Shown here piece after piece: positions 31,001 through 42,155 of a stretch of DNA of 64,000 nt (position 1 is its first letter; each line of letters begins with the position of its first letter). The translations under genes and the position numbers were made by a program. Below the pieces are notes generated by a model, which made no database searches, was not told the DNA's origin, and worked only from the letters and a program-made list of their open reading frames with translations. Where the stretch lies: the IMG/VR virus record IMGVR_UViG_3300050343_000117, positions 32,001 through 96,000 of that record; one strand, given 5' to 3'. This DNA comes from a virus.

Positions 31001-32923
31001 AACTCGTTAAGAGTATCCAGTGCAGCAGGAGCGGCGTCAACAGTTGCAGCGACAACTTGATCAGCATATGCTTTAGCACTTGTTTCTGCAGCATCTGCCT
31101 TAGTAGTTGCGTCTGCTGAAGCACTTGCTTCTGCCGCATCTGCCTTAGAAGTTGCGTCTGCTGAAGCAGTTGAGATTGCTTCTGACTTAGCAGTTGCAAC
31201 ATCATTAGAAAGGTCATTAAGTACATCGACAACTGACTTTTGCGCACCTAAAATTTCTACTGATGCATCATGCATAATTTCAGAGAAATGATAAAATCCA
31301 CTGGCAGTTCCAGAAATCTGATCATCGTTGAACGAAGATACTGGCGAAGAAGGGTTCTCTGCGTCATACGCATAAACCCATGACTTACCTTCATTAGGAT
31401 TAGTATCCCAATTATTCATCCACGCATCATCTCCGCGATCGCTCACATATACCTTATCGCCGATTTTTGTCATAGACCAAGTAAATCTGTTTGATAACGC
31501 ACCATTATAGTTGCCGCCTTGTGGTGCGGTAATTTCAAGAGGTGATGATGAAAGGTTATTCTTGTCGTATACGTAAAGAGAACCTTGCTGACTATCGTAA
31601 CTGGAACTACTCGTGCCAGGTGATGCAAATCGCGCACCAACAAACAACTTAGTGTCTGTTTCTACCATAGAATGGCCAAACGCGTCATCTTGAGGAGAAC
31701 CTAATTGGGTATTATACCAAGAATTTTCTGGCGACATAACTGATTCTAGATACGCCGATGAACCAGAGTTTAACGAAGATAATGAGTATACATACAAACC
31801 GCCAGTTTCAGAAGGACTACTTCCTGTTGCAACATACAACTTAGTCCCATCTTGAGATAACATTAAGTTTTCTGCATAACTATAAAAACCATTTCCAGAA
31901 ATAAGGTTTACAGGAGTTCCGGAAAAGCGTTTGTAAATCAAACACTGCAAGAGCACCACTACCATCTGAAGTGTCATTATTTCCATATTGCAATATGGAA
32001 GCATATAAGTGTGTATTTGTAGCAACCATTCCGGTATTTTGATAAGAAGTACCGCCTAGTCTTACCCCATTACCAGTTGAGAATAAAGATGCATCTGCAG
32101 CAACATAAGTAGGTGCTGAAGTTAAGTCATTAATATCATAGACATAGAATCCACCCACGGCCGAAATAATAACAGAGTTGTCATTTTTTCTTATTTGCTC
32201 GCCGAAAAATTCATCTTCTGTAGGAGTAGGCGCTTGAAGAACTGTAGGTGCTTTGTTGTAATCAGTAGTATCATACACAAAAACGACACCAGCATTTGAT
32301 ACGGTAGTGTCACCACCGAATGCGCCTACAAGAAGTTTGCCTGGTATAGTCAGTAGACTTCCACCATAAATGCTATAACTGCCCTCTGGGCTTTGTAAAG
32401 TGATATGCCCAGATGTCGGACTTAATGGATTTATCAAAAGTAATGATTCTACGCCAGACCCTGTTCTTGGACGTACGGCCAAGTAACTTTCATATATCGA
32501 AGGGTCGCGAGGAAATTGCGATGTATCTCCAACAGCTGTTTGCAAAGTTGTTAATTCTGCTTGAACAGACGTGTCAAGTGTATCCAGATCAGCAGGAGTC
32601 GCAACACCACTTGTTAAAGTAGCATTAATTGTAGCAATGTCGGATGAGTTAGACGCAACACTTGCCACTAGGTTTGTATCTGCATCTTGGAATGCAGTTA
32701 CGATTTCTTGTAATGTATCCAGAGTTTCTGGAGACGTACCTAGAATCGCGGTAACTTGCGACTGTAGGTCTGCGATGTCAGAAGCAGTTAAATCTGCTAC
32801 CGCATCAGCAATTGCGCCTGCGACAACCTTGCCGTCTGCGCCAATAACAGTAACGTCGTTGATTGATAGTTCTCCAACTATGTCAGCTCCGTTCTGAATT
32901 CTAAACTTTTTATTAGTACTCAT
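28096..32923 (-). CDS. Large fibre protein (~1600 aa; frameshift near 31930): coiled-coil segments, FG-GAP-like propeller and CBM-like insert
   Basis: 'AAPAALDTLNELAAALGDDANF' x3; 'LLVGAFG...AGVVFVYD', 'FGHSM...LFVGA...GSLYVYD'; ORFs 31880..32923 and 28096..32025 join into one. Confidence 0.75.
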
Positions 32924-32988
32924 TAGTTTATACCTTTTTAGAATGTATTAGATTTAGTGGGGGGAGACTGATGCTCCCCCCGATGTTA

Positions 32989-35900
32989 TTATGCGTCGAC
33001 GTATGTCGCAGATACAGATACTACCGCACCAGCGTCTACAGCCGTGTAAGTCAACTCAACACTTGAACCGTTAACCTGTACGTCTGTGTCGCCCAATAGT
33101 GAGGAACCAGTGTATAGGATACCATATTCAGTAATGAAGGCGTCTGTGCCATTGTGTATAACTAGACATTCGCGAGTCTCGAACTCACCGTTCAATTCTG
33201 TAGTAACTACGTACTTAGCAGAACGATAAGTTGTCTTATTGAATGCAGAAACTACTGTAGCAGAAGTTCCGGCAACAACATCATTACCCTGTTCGAATAC
33301 CTTGATGTTATCCGCAAGAGTCTCAAGACCGACAGACTTAGGATCAAGTACACCAACTGAGTTAGTAGACTGAGCGATAACAACCGCTTGTGTACCAACT
33401 GGAAGTGCAGCGTTGAACGTGATAGTCTGGTTAGCAGCATCAATCGAGTAGTGAACCGATGGATCCTGAATAACACCACCAACGAATACGATCGCGTTCT
33501 GATCTTGCGTGTAGAAGTTCAGAGCGAAAGTAGACTGCGCACCGTCACCAGACATAGTCTGACGTTGTGCGTTGTTGAATGCCAACTGAGTTGGATCTTG
33601 TAGAGACATTCCGTCTAGAGTGTTATTTACACGTAGTACATAACCGTTCTTACCGTCGTAATCAGAATCAGCAACGTCTGCAAGTTCCAGCATGGTCTTA
33701 GCAGTGTCGATTGAGAATACGCCAGTAGATTGGTCGTAAGATGCCTTACCTTCACCAGCAACATCTGTTAGAGATACTGAAGCGCGAGAAAGTGCATCGC
33801 TGAAGAACTTCTTAGTACCTTCTACTAGATCGTCTGTAGAGAACTGTGAGATGTGTTGTGCCGCAAGGCCTGCGTCCATCTGACCTTTGTTCACTGCATC
33901 AGCAGCGTCAGTACCAGTTGCAACACCGGAAACTTTGTTTCCACCCATTGCTAGGTCGCCAGTCATTGAATCGCCAGACTTCTGGACACGTCCATCAATC
34001 TGAGTTTGTAGTGCGGCATCAGCAGCAGCGAACTCACCACGGACCGCATTATCACCAGCGACTCGATCAGTAATTTCCTGAGCAAGACCTGAAGCGTTAG
34101 TTGCGATATCCGTCTGGTTCTGAGCAACTAGACCAGCAAGAGAACCGTCTGCGCTTTGGAAAGCTGCAACGATTTCTGTCAATGAATCTAGAGCGGCAGA
34201 GTCAGTGTTCGAAGTGATGAAATCGATTTGCGTCTGTAGTGAACCTTCAACACCTTGCGCACGGCTTGACTCGTCAGAGATAGCAGTTGCGTTAGTAGTG
34301 ATTAGTACACCTAGTGCAGTTTCAGCGTCTGTAGCACGAGTTACTTCAGTTGCTAGGTCAGATGTTAGTACACCTTCCGCAGCAGTAGCACGAGCAATTT
34401 CTGCGTCGATTTGTGATTGTAGGTTGTTGATACCAGAATTTCTTGTGTTATCAACGGCTTTGATTGCAGCGTCTAACTTCTTGTCTGCGTCTGCTAGAGA
34501 AGTAGATGCATCAATGTAGTTAGTAGTTGTTGGAGCGACGTAAGTACCGTCAGTTGCAAGACCTGCACCCAACTGTGTAGCAGACATCTCTGTCTCAAGT
34601 ACAGTAGTACGTGAGTCTAGAGCGTTATCAGCATTTGCACGAGCAGTTGCTTCTGTTGTGATCTTACCATCTAGAACGTCATCTGCGTTTTCACGTAGAG
34701 TTGCTTCGTTAGCAACGATTCCGTCTGCGTAAGTCTTAGCAGCAACTTCTGCGTCATCCGCTTCGTTTTCTGCGTAAGTCTGTGCAGATGCAAGAACAAC
34801 TGCGTCACGTGCGATGTAGTCTGTTTGATCAGTTACGCGATCAGCAGCTAGATCGATACGGATCTGACTATCAGCAGCGATGCGGTCAGCAATTTCAGAA
34901 ACAAGTGCGTCTGAATCTGCATCTGCACGAGCAACAGCAGCCGCAAGACCAGATGTATTAGTATCTGTCTCACCGTGTACTTCGTTGATTGCACCAACTA
35001 GAGTCTGTGAAACAGTATCTAGAGTTTCAGTTGAAGAACCAACCTTAGCTTCTAGTGCGTCAATGTCTGCTTCGTTAACTGTTAGACGACCACCTTGTAG
35101 AGTCTGTTCAGTCTCTAGTGCAGAAGCACGAGTTTCTAGAGAAGTTGCACGACCTTCGACAGCGTCCATTTCAACTTCTAGAGTACCAACACGACCTGTG
35201 TTAGAATCTGCTTGACCGTGTAATTCGTTTACGGCTGCAGTTACGTCTGTAGCAACTGTTAGAAGAGTTGAAGTACCCATCTGAGTCTGTAGTGTATCTA
35301 CGTGACCTTCTTCTGTAGTCATTCGTGACTCTAGGGAAGTTGCACGTCCTTCTACTGCGTCCATTTCAGACTGTAGAGTATCGACATTAGCTTCTTCTGT
35401 AGTAACACGAGCCTCTAGAGAAGTCAGATCAGCAGCTTCACCATCGATCTCTGCGTGTAATTCGTTAATCGCAGCAGATAGATCGGTTGCAACAGTTTGT
35501 AGTGCCGCAGAACCTTGCTTAGTTTCTAGTGCAGTTGCACGTCCTTCTAGAGTAGTTGCGCGACCTTCTAGTGAAGTTGCACGACCTTGGATTGCAGTGA
35601 AGTCTGAATCATGTCCGTCTAAACGACCTTCAGCGACATCCATTTCTGATTGTAATAGATCAACATTTCCTGCTTCGACATCCAACTCACCGTGGATTTC
35701 GTTAACAGCACCAACGACAGTTTGAGCAGTAGTATGGAAACCGCCTGTACCCTGCTTCGCTTGTAGTGAATCAATGTCTGCTTCGTTGACTGATAGTCGA
35801 CCGTTCTGAACAACCTGTCCTGCTTCTAGTGACGTTGCACGTCCTTCAACAGCAGTTGCACGTGCTTCTAGATCAGTTGCACGAACTTCTACAGCATCAA

Positions 35901-38900
35901 TATCATTTTCAGCAGTAGTTAGTCGACCAGAGTTAGCAGAGATAAGACCGTCTAGGTCTGAATCTGCACCTTGGAATGCACTAACGATTTCTGTCAATGA
36001 GTCTAGAGCAGCACCGTCTTCGTTAGATACGATGAAGTCAACACGAGTTTCTAGAGTTGTTAGGTCAGTAGTCAGTACGCCTTCAGCAGCTGTTGCACGT
36101 ACTACTTCCGCATCCAACTGTGATTGTAGATCAGCAACATCTGTTCCTTGTAGATTTTGCAGTGCAAGGATATCAGAATCGTTTGCAGTAACCTGTACCT
36201 GAACACTATCTACGTCTGTACGTAGACCTGCTTCAATACCTTCCGCACGGTTCTTTTCAGTAACAACAGCAGCGGCATTAACACCTTCTGCGGCAGTTGC
36301 ACGGTTGACTTCAGCAGTGATTTGTGCTTGGTTGTCTGAGTGATCAGCAGCTTGCAATACTTGTAAAGCAAGAATGTCTGAATCATTTGCAGTGATTTGT
36401 GATTGGTTAGAGTCGACATCTGTACGTAGACCAGCTTCGATACCAGTTGCACGTGTAGTCTCTGCAACAACAGCATTTGCGTTTACTACTTCAGCAGCAG
36501 AGGCGCGAACAACTTCTGCGTCCAACTGAGTTTGTAGGTCAGCAACATCTGTACCTTGCAAGTTCTGTAGAGCAAGAATGTCTGAGTCGTTACCAGTTAC
36601 TTGAGTTTGTAGAGAATCCACAGAAGTCTGTAGACCTGCTTCAACACCACCGGCTCTTGCAGTTTCAGCAAGAATCTGTGCTTGTAGGTCTGAGTCTACT
36701 GCGTTGAAGTCATCTTCAACAAGATCTAAACGAGTACTTAGAGCGCCTTCTGCAGCTAGTGCACGAGTACGTTCTACGTTGATATCACCTAGGTTAGAAG
36801 AGATGTTAGCGATGTTAGTGTTTACGTCTGCACGTAGACCCTGTTCTACCGCTTCTGCACGTTGCTTTTCAGTAACGACTGCGGCCGCGTTAACGACTTC
36901 TGCAGCTGATGCACGAGTAACTTCTGCCGTGATTTGATCCTGTAGATCATCAACGTCGATTGTAGTGTTTGCATTCAATGCATCGATCTGACCTTGTAGG
37001 TTAGTATCGCCTGATGCACGAGCAACTTCTTCTGCACGTAGGTCGGTTTCATTCTGTGAAGAAAGAACCTGAACTGCGTCCATCTCGCCTTCTAGTACAG
37101 TAGTACGTAGAGCGACTGCTTCTTCAGCTGCTTCAGCACGTGCTTTTTCAGTTGCAACTTCTGCATCTGTGTAAGCATATGATTGCGACTTAGCAGTTGC
37201 AATTCGAGAAGTAACGGTGTTTCCAGCAGTACCATCTACAGATGCGTCACCGATAAGTGCGGCGTCTTGTGCATCAGCGTGTGCAATTGCAACAGCCTGG
37301 TGCGAGTCAGCTTCTGAGTCAGTGTATGCTTTTGCTTCAGCAAGAACGTCGTCTTTTTCAACTTGAATGTCAACGTTGATTTGATCAATCTGAGACTGTA
37401 GACCAGTGTCAGCAGTTGAACGAGTTGATGCTTCAGTATTGATGTTAGTTTGTAGAACACCTTCCGCTGTTTCTGCACGTAACTTCTCAGTTGCGATTGC
37501 AGTAGTGTTAGACGAAATAAGTGCAGACATGTCTGAATCAGATGACTGGAATGCGCTAACGATTTCTGTTAGTGAGTCTAGAGCAGCTGGATCAGTGTTG
37601 TTTGTAATGAAGTCAACTTGTGATTGTAGGTTTGCGTCACCAGCAATACGAGCAGCTTCTTCTGTATCGATGTTACCCTGTAGAGTAGTATCACCCGCAG
37701 CACGGTCAATAAGTTCTTGATCGATACGTGCGTTGATGTCTGAGTCTTCATCTTTACGTTCTTGGTTTTCGATTGCTACAGAATTGCTTGCTTCAATGAT
37801 TGCTTCTGCTTTTGCAGTTGCGATGCGGTCAGTAACAGTATTAGATACAGTACCGTCAACACTTGCATCACCAATCATTAGTGCGTCTTGTGCTTCAGCG
37901 TGTGCCTTAGCAGCTGCTTCAGCAGTAACAATGTCAGCACCTAGATCAGCGCGAACCTGTGTATCTGCAACAGCACGTGCAAGAATTTCATCTGTGATGT
38001 TCTGCGCGTTTGCAGCTTCTGCACCAGTAGCACGAGTAACTTCAGAAGAAATTGCAGCTGTGTTAGCATTTTCTGCGTTAGTTGCGCGAGTGACTTCAGC
38101 AGTAATCTGTGACTGTAGAGAAGTCGATAGACCTTCTTCAGTAGAGATACGTGCAGAAAGTGCAGCCTCAGCACCAGTAGCGCGAGTTGTCTCTTGACCA
38201 ATCTGAACAGCAAGTGCTGATTCAGCAGATTGTGCACGAGTGATCTCGACACTAACACGGTCATTGATTTCTGTTTCTTTATTAGTTGCACGAGTAACTT
38301 CAGCAGTAATTGCGGAAGAGTTTGCAATAATTGAAGCAGATAATGCGTCATCTGCATCTTCAAACGCTGCGATGATTTCTGCAAATGAATCTATCGCGTC
38401 TGAGTCAGTATTGTTTAGTAGTAGATCAATACGACCAGACAATGCAGTATCAGCTGACTGATATGCAATTTCAATTGCGTTTTCACGAGCAGTTGCACGT
38501 GTTACTTCTGCGTCAATGTTAGATTGTAGTACAACATCCGCTGACGAACGAGTAGATGCTTCAGCGTCAATGTTAGTCTGTAGTAGTGTTTCTGCGACTG
38601 TTGCTCGATTAGTCTCTACTGCTACCGCACTTGCGATATCAGATGCAACAGCAGTCTTTGCTCTTTCAGGTGTGAAATATTGGTTAGCCCCTTCTTGCAA
38701 GTCGTCCGTAGTGAACGATGCGAAGAATGCGTCTGCACCAATCTTCTTTAATGAGTCTGAATTGACATCATAGAGAAGGGTGAAACAATCCGCTGGATTG
38801 ACCATACCTGTAAGGGTTGATTGTCCCTGTACTGCACTTTCATCTAGCTTGGTATTAAGTACCGCTTTATCAGCTAGTGCAGGGGATTTAATCTGCCTAA

Positions 38901-38907
38901 ATGCCAT
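32989..38907 (-). CDS. 1972-aa alpha-helical coiled-coil fibre (fibritin/whisker position)
   Basis: Many 'AEVTRATAAE', 'LQSQID' and 'LEGRATTLE' repeats, 'ALDSLTEIVSAF' nodes; globular C-terminus 'YRSAKYVV...ITEYGIL'. Confidence 0.8.
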   Translation of the reverse strand: MAFRQIKSPALADKAVLNTKLDESAVQGQSTLTGMVNPADCFTLLYDVNSDSLKKIGADAFFASFTTDDLQEGANQYFTPERAKTAVASDIASAVAVETNRATVAETLLQTNIDAEASTRSSADVVLQSNIDAEVTRATARENAIEIAYQSADTALSGRIDLLLNNTDSDAIDSFAEIIAAFEDADDALSASIIANSSAITAEVTRATNKETEINDRVSVEITRAQSAESALAVQIGQETTRATGAEAALSARISTEEGLSTSLQSQITAEVTRATNAENANTAAISSEVTRATGAEAANAQNITDEILARAVADTQVRADLGADIVTAEAAAKAHAEAQDALMIGDASVDGTVSNTVTDRIATAKAEAIIEASNSVAIENQERKDEDSDINARIDQELIDRAAGDTTLQGNIDTEEAARIAGDANLQSQVDFITNNTDPAALDSLTEIVSAFQSSDSDMSALISSNTTAIATEKLRAETAEGVLQTNINTEASTRSTADTGLQSQIDQINVDIQVEKDDVLAEAKAYTDSEADSHQAVAIAHADAQDAALIGDASVDGTAGNTVTSRIATAKSQSYAYTDAEVATEKARAEAAEEAVALRTTVLEGEMDAVQVLSSQNETDLRAEEVARASGDTNLQGQIDALNANTTIDVDDLQDQITAEVTRASAAEVVNAAAVVTEKQRAEAVEQGLRADVNTNIANISSNLGDINVERTRALAAEGALSTRLDLVEDDFNAVDSDLQAQILAETARAGGVEAGLQTSVDSLQTQVTGNDSDILALQNLQGTDVADLQTQLDAEVVRASAAEVVNANAVVAETTRATGIEAGLRTDVDSNQSQITANDSDILALQVLQAADHSDNQAQITAEVNRATAAEGVNAAAVVTEKNRAEGIEAGLRTDVDSVQVQVTANDSDILALQNLQGTDVADLQSQLDAEVVRATAAEGVLTTDLTTLETRVDFIVSNEDGAALDSLTEIVSAFQGADSDLDGLISANSGRLTTAENDIDAVEVRATDLEARATAVEGRATSLEAGQVVQNGRLSVNEADIDSLQAKQGTGGFHTTAQTVVGAVNEIHGELDVEAGNVDLLQSEMDVAEGRLDGHDSDFTAIQGRATSLEGRATTLEGRATALETKQGSAALQTVATDLSAAINELHAEIDGEAADLTSLEARVTTEEANVDTLQSEMDAVEGRATSLESRMTTEEGHVDTLQTQMGTSTLLTVATDVTAAVNELHGQADSNTGRVGTLEVEMDAVEGRATSLETRASALETEQTLQGGRLTVNEADIDALEAKVGSSTETLDTVSQTLVGAINEVHGETDTNTSGLAAAVARADADSDALVSEIADRIAADSQIRIDLAADRVTDQTDYIARDAVVLASAQTYAENEADDAEVAAKTYADGIVANEATLRENADDVLDGKITTEATARANADNALDSRTTVLETEMSATQLGAGLATDGTYVAPTTTNYIDASTSLADADKKLDAAIKAVDNTRNSGINNLQSQIDAEIARATAAEGVLTSDLATEVTRATDAETALGVLITTNATAISDESSRAQGVEGSLQTQIDFITSNTDSAALDSLTEIVAAFQSADGSLAGLVAQNQTDIATNASGLAQEITDRVAGDNAVRGEFAAADAALQTQIDGRVQKSGDSMTGDLAMGGNKVSGVATGTDAADAVNKGQMDAGLAAQHISQFSTDDLVEGTKKFFSDALSRASVSLTDVAGEGKASYDQSTGVFSIDTAKTMLELADVADSDYDGKNGYVLRVNNTLDGMSLQDPTQLAFNNAQRQTMSGDGAQSTFALNFYTQDQNAIVFVGGVIQDPSVHYSIDAANQTITFNAALPVGTQAVVIAQSTNSVGVLDPKSVGLETLADNIKVFEQGNDVVAGTSATVVSAFNKTTYRSAKYVVTTELNGEFETRECLVIHNGTDAFITEYGILYTGSSLLGDTDVQVNGSSVELTYTAVDAGAVVSVSATYVDA

Positions 38908-38968
38908 TAGGTTATCTCCTAGGTTGAGTTTATTGGTTTTGGGATATAATTAAACGTTTAATAATATA

Positions 38969-39328
38969 CTAACGAAATTTGATGTATATGTCCGTCCCTT
39001 GCGGGGGGATCTCAAAAAATTGTATAGTATCGTCGATGGTTTCATAGATTTCTTCAGGATGCTGAAGAACGTCGTTCACCCACACATCAATCAAATCATC
39101 ACGAGTTGGCGTACCGTTCAATTGAAATAGCGCAGTGTCGCCCTGAGCAGTGATCGATTGTGCTTCAGGAATCACTGTGCGGTCATTGGTTGATGAAGAG
39201 GTACCTTCGATATAATCGAATAGTGCAGTTTCTTGGCCAGGAGATGCTGAGACTTGATCTTGCTTTTGTTTCGCAAGATTAAATAAACTCTCTGCAAGTA
39301 CCCTGTTAAAGGACTTATTATTGATCAT
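38969..39328 (-). CDS. Putative virion structural protein
   Basis: 'GDTALFQL...IDVWVNDVLQHP..Y..TIQF...P' beta-rich baseplate/fibre-type repeat; late promoter at 39366-39373. Confidence 0.6.
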   Translation of the reverse strand: MINNKSFNRVLAESLFNLAKQKQDQVSASPGQETALFDYIEGTSSSTNDRTVIPEAQSITAQGDTALFQLNGTPTRDDLIDVWVNDVLQHPEEIYETIDDTIQFFEIPPQGTDIYIKFR

Positions 39329-39404
39329 ATTGATGAGATACTATAGAATGGTTAATATACCCATTTATTTATACGTGAAATGTTCTTCACTTTAGGGTTT
39401 TTTA

Positions 39405-40283
39405 CTATTGTCTGAATTGTAGTAATTCTTGTAACAGTTCATTAATTTCCTGTAGGTCACTATCTAACCCATTTATTCTAGCATGTAATGCATCTATTTC
39501 AACTTGAGTGGCGACATTGCTACCATTTAATGTATAAGGACCAGAGAGTTGAACTCCCGCGTCATCCATAACAAGTCGATCATCATTTTGATACTGCATT
39601 TTAAACTGACTATCATTGAAACCTAAATGTTTAATGATTGTGTCAGTACCATTATGATAAAAACGAGTTTCTTCGTTGGTGCCCACAATAAAGGCAAAGT
39701 GGTCATCTATGATGAGGTCGTTTCCAAAAGAAACGCCTGTGGAGTTGTATGCGGCAACTTGAACTACCTGTTCATCGTCTACCACATGGGTTAGGGAGAT
39801 AGTACTCCCGTCATCTGCAACGTAGTCTATTCCTTGATGGAGTAAGACACCGTTGAGATATACTTGAATTCTTGATGGACTGTTCGGATCTGGATCGTAT
39901 TGTAATACGTTGCCAGCGTCGTCTGCACCCGTTATGACTTCGAGTGTTCCATCTGAGGTGAATATATATGCGTTGAATGTAGTTGTCGCAGAGAGACTCT
40001 CATCTCCTACAGCGCCAATCTCTACAATTGTTTGAATACCGCCGTCATACTCTCGTTTGATATAGAGTTTGCCGTCCTGAGTATTTATACCAATTTCGCC
40101 TAGTTTTAGTTCTTCGATACTGGGAATATCACCAAGACCGTCAAATGTCTTGATGTTTGCACCAATGTTCTGAACAACATTACTAATAGGACGACCGACA
40201 GTAACTCGTTTGACCTTGGTTCCTGAACCAAACCCATTAATTGATGTTACTCCGGTTACACCACTGACTCTTCGTATAGGCAT
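39405..40283 (-). CDS. Putative virion structural/fibre protein
   Basis: 'LKLGEIGINTQDGKLYIK' (Mtd/hyaluronidase N-terminal-like motif), 'IQVYLNGVLL..GIDY'; C-terminal coiled coil. Confidence 0.6.
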   Translation of the reverse strand: MPIRRVSGVTGVTSINGFGSGTKVKRVTVGRPISNVVQNIGANIKTFDGLGDIPSIEELKLGEIGINTQDGKLYIKREYDGGIQTIVEIGAVGDESLSATTTFNAYIFTSDGTLEVITGADDAGNVLQYDPDPNSPSRIQVYLNGVLLHQGIDYVADDGSTISLTHVVDDEQVVQVAAYNSTGVSFGNDLIIDDHFAFIVGTNEETRFYHNGTDTIIKHLGFNDSQFKMQYQNDDRLVMDDAGVQLSGPYTLNGSNVATQVEIDALHARINGLDSDLQEINELLQELLQFRQ

Positions 40284-40287
40284 GGTA

Positions 40288-40638
40288 TTACCTTGTTACC
40301 GAAGGATTGACTTTGATCTTACCTTCTAGTATTCTTTCTATAATAGTATGTCCGTCCACATCGACGAAGCTTATTTCCACATCATAAACATATCTACCGC
40401 GAGTGGATAGAACGTCAGTCTGTAGATTGGTTAGGGATATTGTAACGATACCTTCTAGGGAAGGTGTAGGAATGACAGCAGTGAAGTCGATCGACTCAGC
40501 ACTTCTGTAAGTTTTTTTCATTTTGGCTGCTACTGAATAACCAGTAAGGTCTTTCTGTGAACCATCGGGATTCACCAACTCTATTTGTAGAGCTAGGTCT
40601 GCGCCTTGGTCAATTGTAAAATCTTCGTAAGTAGCCAT
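40288..40638 (-). CDS. Virion structural adaptor (BppU-like)
   Basis: 'TIDQGAD...DLTGYSVAAKMKK...GRYVYDVEI...RILEG.I.VNPSVT'. Confidence 0.7.
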   Translation of the reverse strand: MATYEDFTIDQGADLALQIELVNPDGSQKDLTGYSVAAKMKKTYRSAESIDFTAVIPTPSLEGIVTISLTNLQTDVLSTRGRYVYDVEISFVDVDGHTIIERILEGKIKVNPSVTR

Positions 40639-40678
40639 AATCCTCAAAACCCTGAACTGTTTATAAAACGTCTTCCTC

Positions 40679-40686
40679 TATTTATA
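40679..40686 (-). promoter_or_regulatory. T4-type late promoter embedded in an inverted repeat
   Basis: TATAAATA overlapping the arm/loop of the inverted repeat at ~40647-40699. Confidence 0.75.
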
Positions 40687-40713
40687 ACAGTTCAAGGTTA
40701 GAAGAAAATCTTT

Positions 40714-41421
40714 TTAGTCTTCAGATTCAATATCTGAAAGGACCATTGCACGGAAACCTTCAGATGCTTCTGAATGATCAAAAACATATGATACCGTGAC
40801 GCGCCAATCGTCTGTAGACGCAGCGTGATACATTACTTTATCTGTCTCACCATAGTGACCAAAGTATGCTGCCTTACAAGTCCATTTACCTGGCTTGTCT
40901 TGACTACGAATAACTTCTTTAGTCTCTGGGTGAATGTACTCAAAGTAACCTGAACCATCTTCTGAATAAGAGAAGATTAGGTTATAGCCTGGCGCATTTG
41001 CATTGTTGTGCCATGAGATGAATCCTCCTGGCGGGTATACTGCTGCAAGTGCATTATGTTTGACAGACAAAAAGTTCATCATTTTGTCGTTTAGGTCACG
41101 CAAGTGATGAGTCATATCGCGTTTGAAAATTGGATCAGCATCCTTCTCAAACATCATATGCGCTTTGTCAGAAAGTTTAAAGTTGTAACCAACTAGTTCG
41201 TCTGGGAACCCTTCGTGACCTTGACCTTGAGCAACAATCTCATCCATATGCTTAGGTCCAACAAAGTATGGACGCTGGCGAATGTGTTGTGCAGAGGATA
41301 GGTGACAGTTCTCTTCGAAACCTTTCATGGTATGCAACTTGGCGTATTCGTTTAGAATCTCTAGCAACTCAGGATTGTTTACCTGTACGTGCCTTAGATA
41401 TGAGTCGTTTACCTGTGTCAT
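40714..41421 (-). CDS. Uncharacterised DSBH / 2OG-oxygenase-like protein (H-N-N variant), paralog 2
   Basis: 'YPPGGFISWHNNANA...VMYHAA...WRVTVSY'. Confidence 0.6.
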   Translation of the reverse strand: MTQVNDSYLRHVQVNNPELLEILNEYAKLHTMKGFEENCHLSSAQHIRQRPYFVGPKHMDEIVAQGQGHEGFPDELVGYNFKLSDKAHMMFEKDADPIFKRDMTHHLRDLNDKMMNFLSVKHNALAAVYPPGGFISWHNNANAPGYNLIFSYSEDGSGYFEYIHPETKEVIRSQDKPGKWTCKAAYFGHYGETDKVMYHAASTDDWRVTVSYVFDHSEASEGFRAMVLSDIESED

Positions 41422-42155
41422 ACGATTGGAGTATCCTTGTTTAACCCTGCCGAGAAGTGACGCAAAATCACTGGACCCGTTTCAGGTTGTGTGATTGCCC
41501 AGTTCAGGGCGTTGTAATAATTCCACCTCAAGTCGTCATCAAAGATACCAACTTTGAGGTCCTTATATTTCTCTTCTTTCTCGACTAACCACCAGAGAGA
41601 AAATTGGTCCCAAGATTTGAGACTATCTACATACCCTTCCGGCCACCAAGAATCATTCATCTGTCTGAATGTTAAGTCCCACCAGTCATCCATAAATTCA
41701 CGAACAATTGGTTTAGACATATCATATAAACAAACACCACCGCATAGTGTGAACTTAGATTTACCTTCTGGCGTATCAAAGTCTCTTTCTGCGTAAATAT
41801 AATCACGATCATCTGTCAATGCTGAGAAGACCAAATCATGGTCTTTCATTTCATCCCAAACCTTGACGATGTCTTCGTGCTCACATTCCATATCAGCATC
41901 AATGTACATTGTCAAGTCATACGGAGATTTTGCCATCCCCCATAACTTAGCGCGATAGTGGTCGTCACAAAACATAATATCATCTGCAACATCTCTACCA
42001 CGATCATCAAGAAATCTTTCTTCTGTTACCAAACAAATCTTACATTCCTCTTCAGGTTCATAATAATCCCGAATAGACTCTGCAAGATTGATTGCGTACA
42101 AATAAAAGTTGCGTTTCTTGGACGCAACAATTATGAATCCTTTAGTCTTTTCCAT
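41418..42155 (-). CDS. GT-A fold glycosyltransferase (nucleotide-diphospho-sugar transferase)
   Basis: 'KGFIIVA...AINLAESIR', 'KLWGMAKSPYDLTMYIDADM' (DxD), 'GGVCLY', 'WDQFSLW', 'RWNY', 'ILRH'. Confidence 0.75.
   Translation of the reverse strand: MEKTKGFIIVASKKRNFYLYAINLAESIRDYYEPEEECKICLVTEERFLDDRGRDVADDIMFCDDHYRAKLWGMAKSPYDLTMYIDADMECEHEDIVKVWDEMKDHDLVFSALTDDRDYIYAERDFDTPEGKSKFTLCGGVCLYDMSKPIVREFMDDWWDLTFRQMNDSWWPEGYVDSLKSWDQFSLWWLVEKEEKYKDLKVGIFDDDLRWNYYNALNWAITQPETGPVILRHFSAGLNKDTPIV

Noticed and set aside
33252-38773. Many plus-strand Ser/Ala-rich ORFs over the coiled-coil fibre gene, and similar ORFs over gp23, gp17 and gp15
   Set aside because: Antisense or alternate-frame shadows caused by biased codon usage; no SD sequences or recognisable motifs
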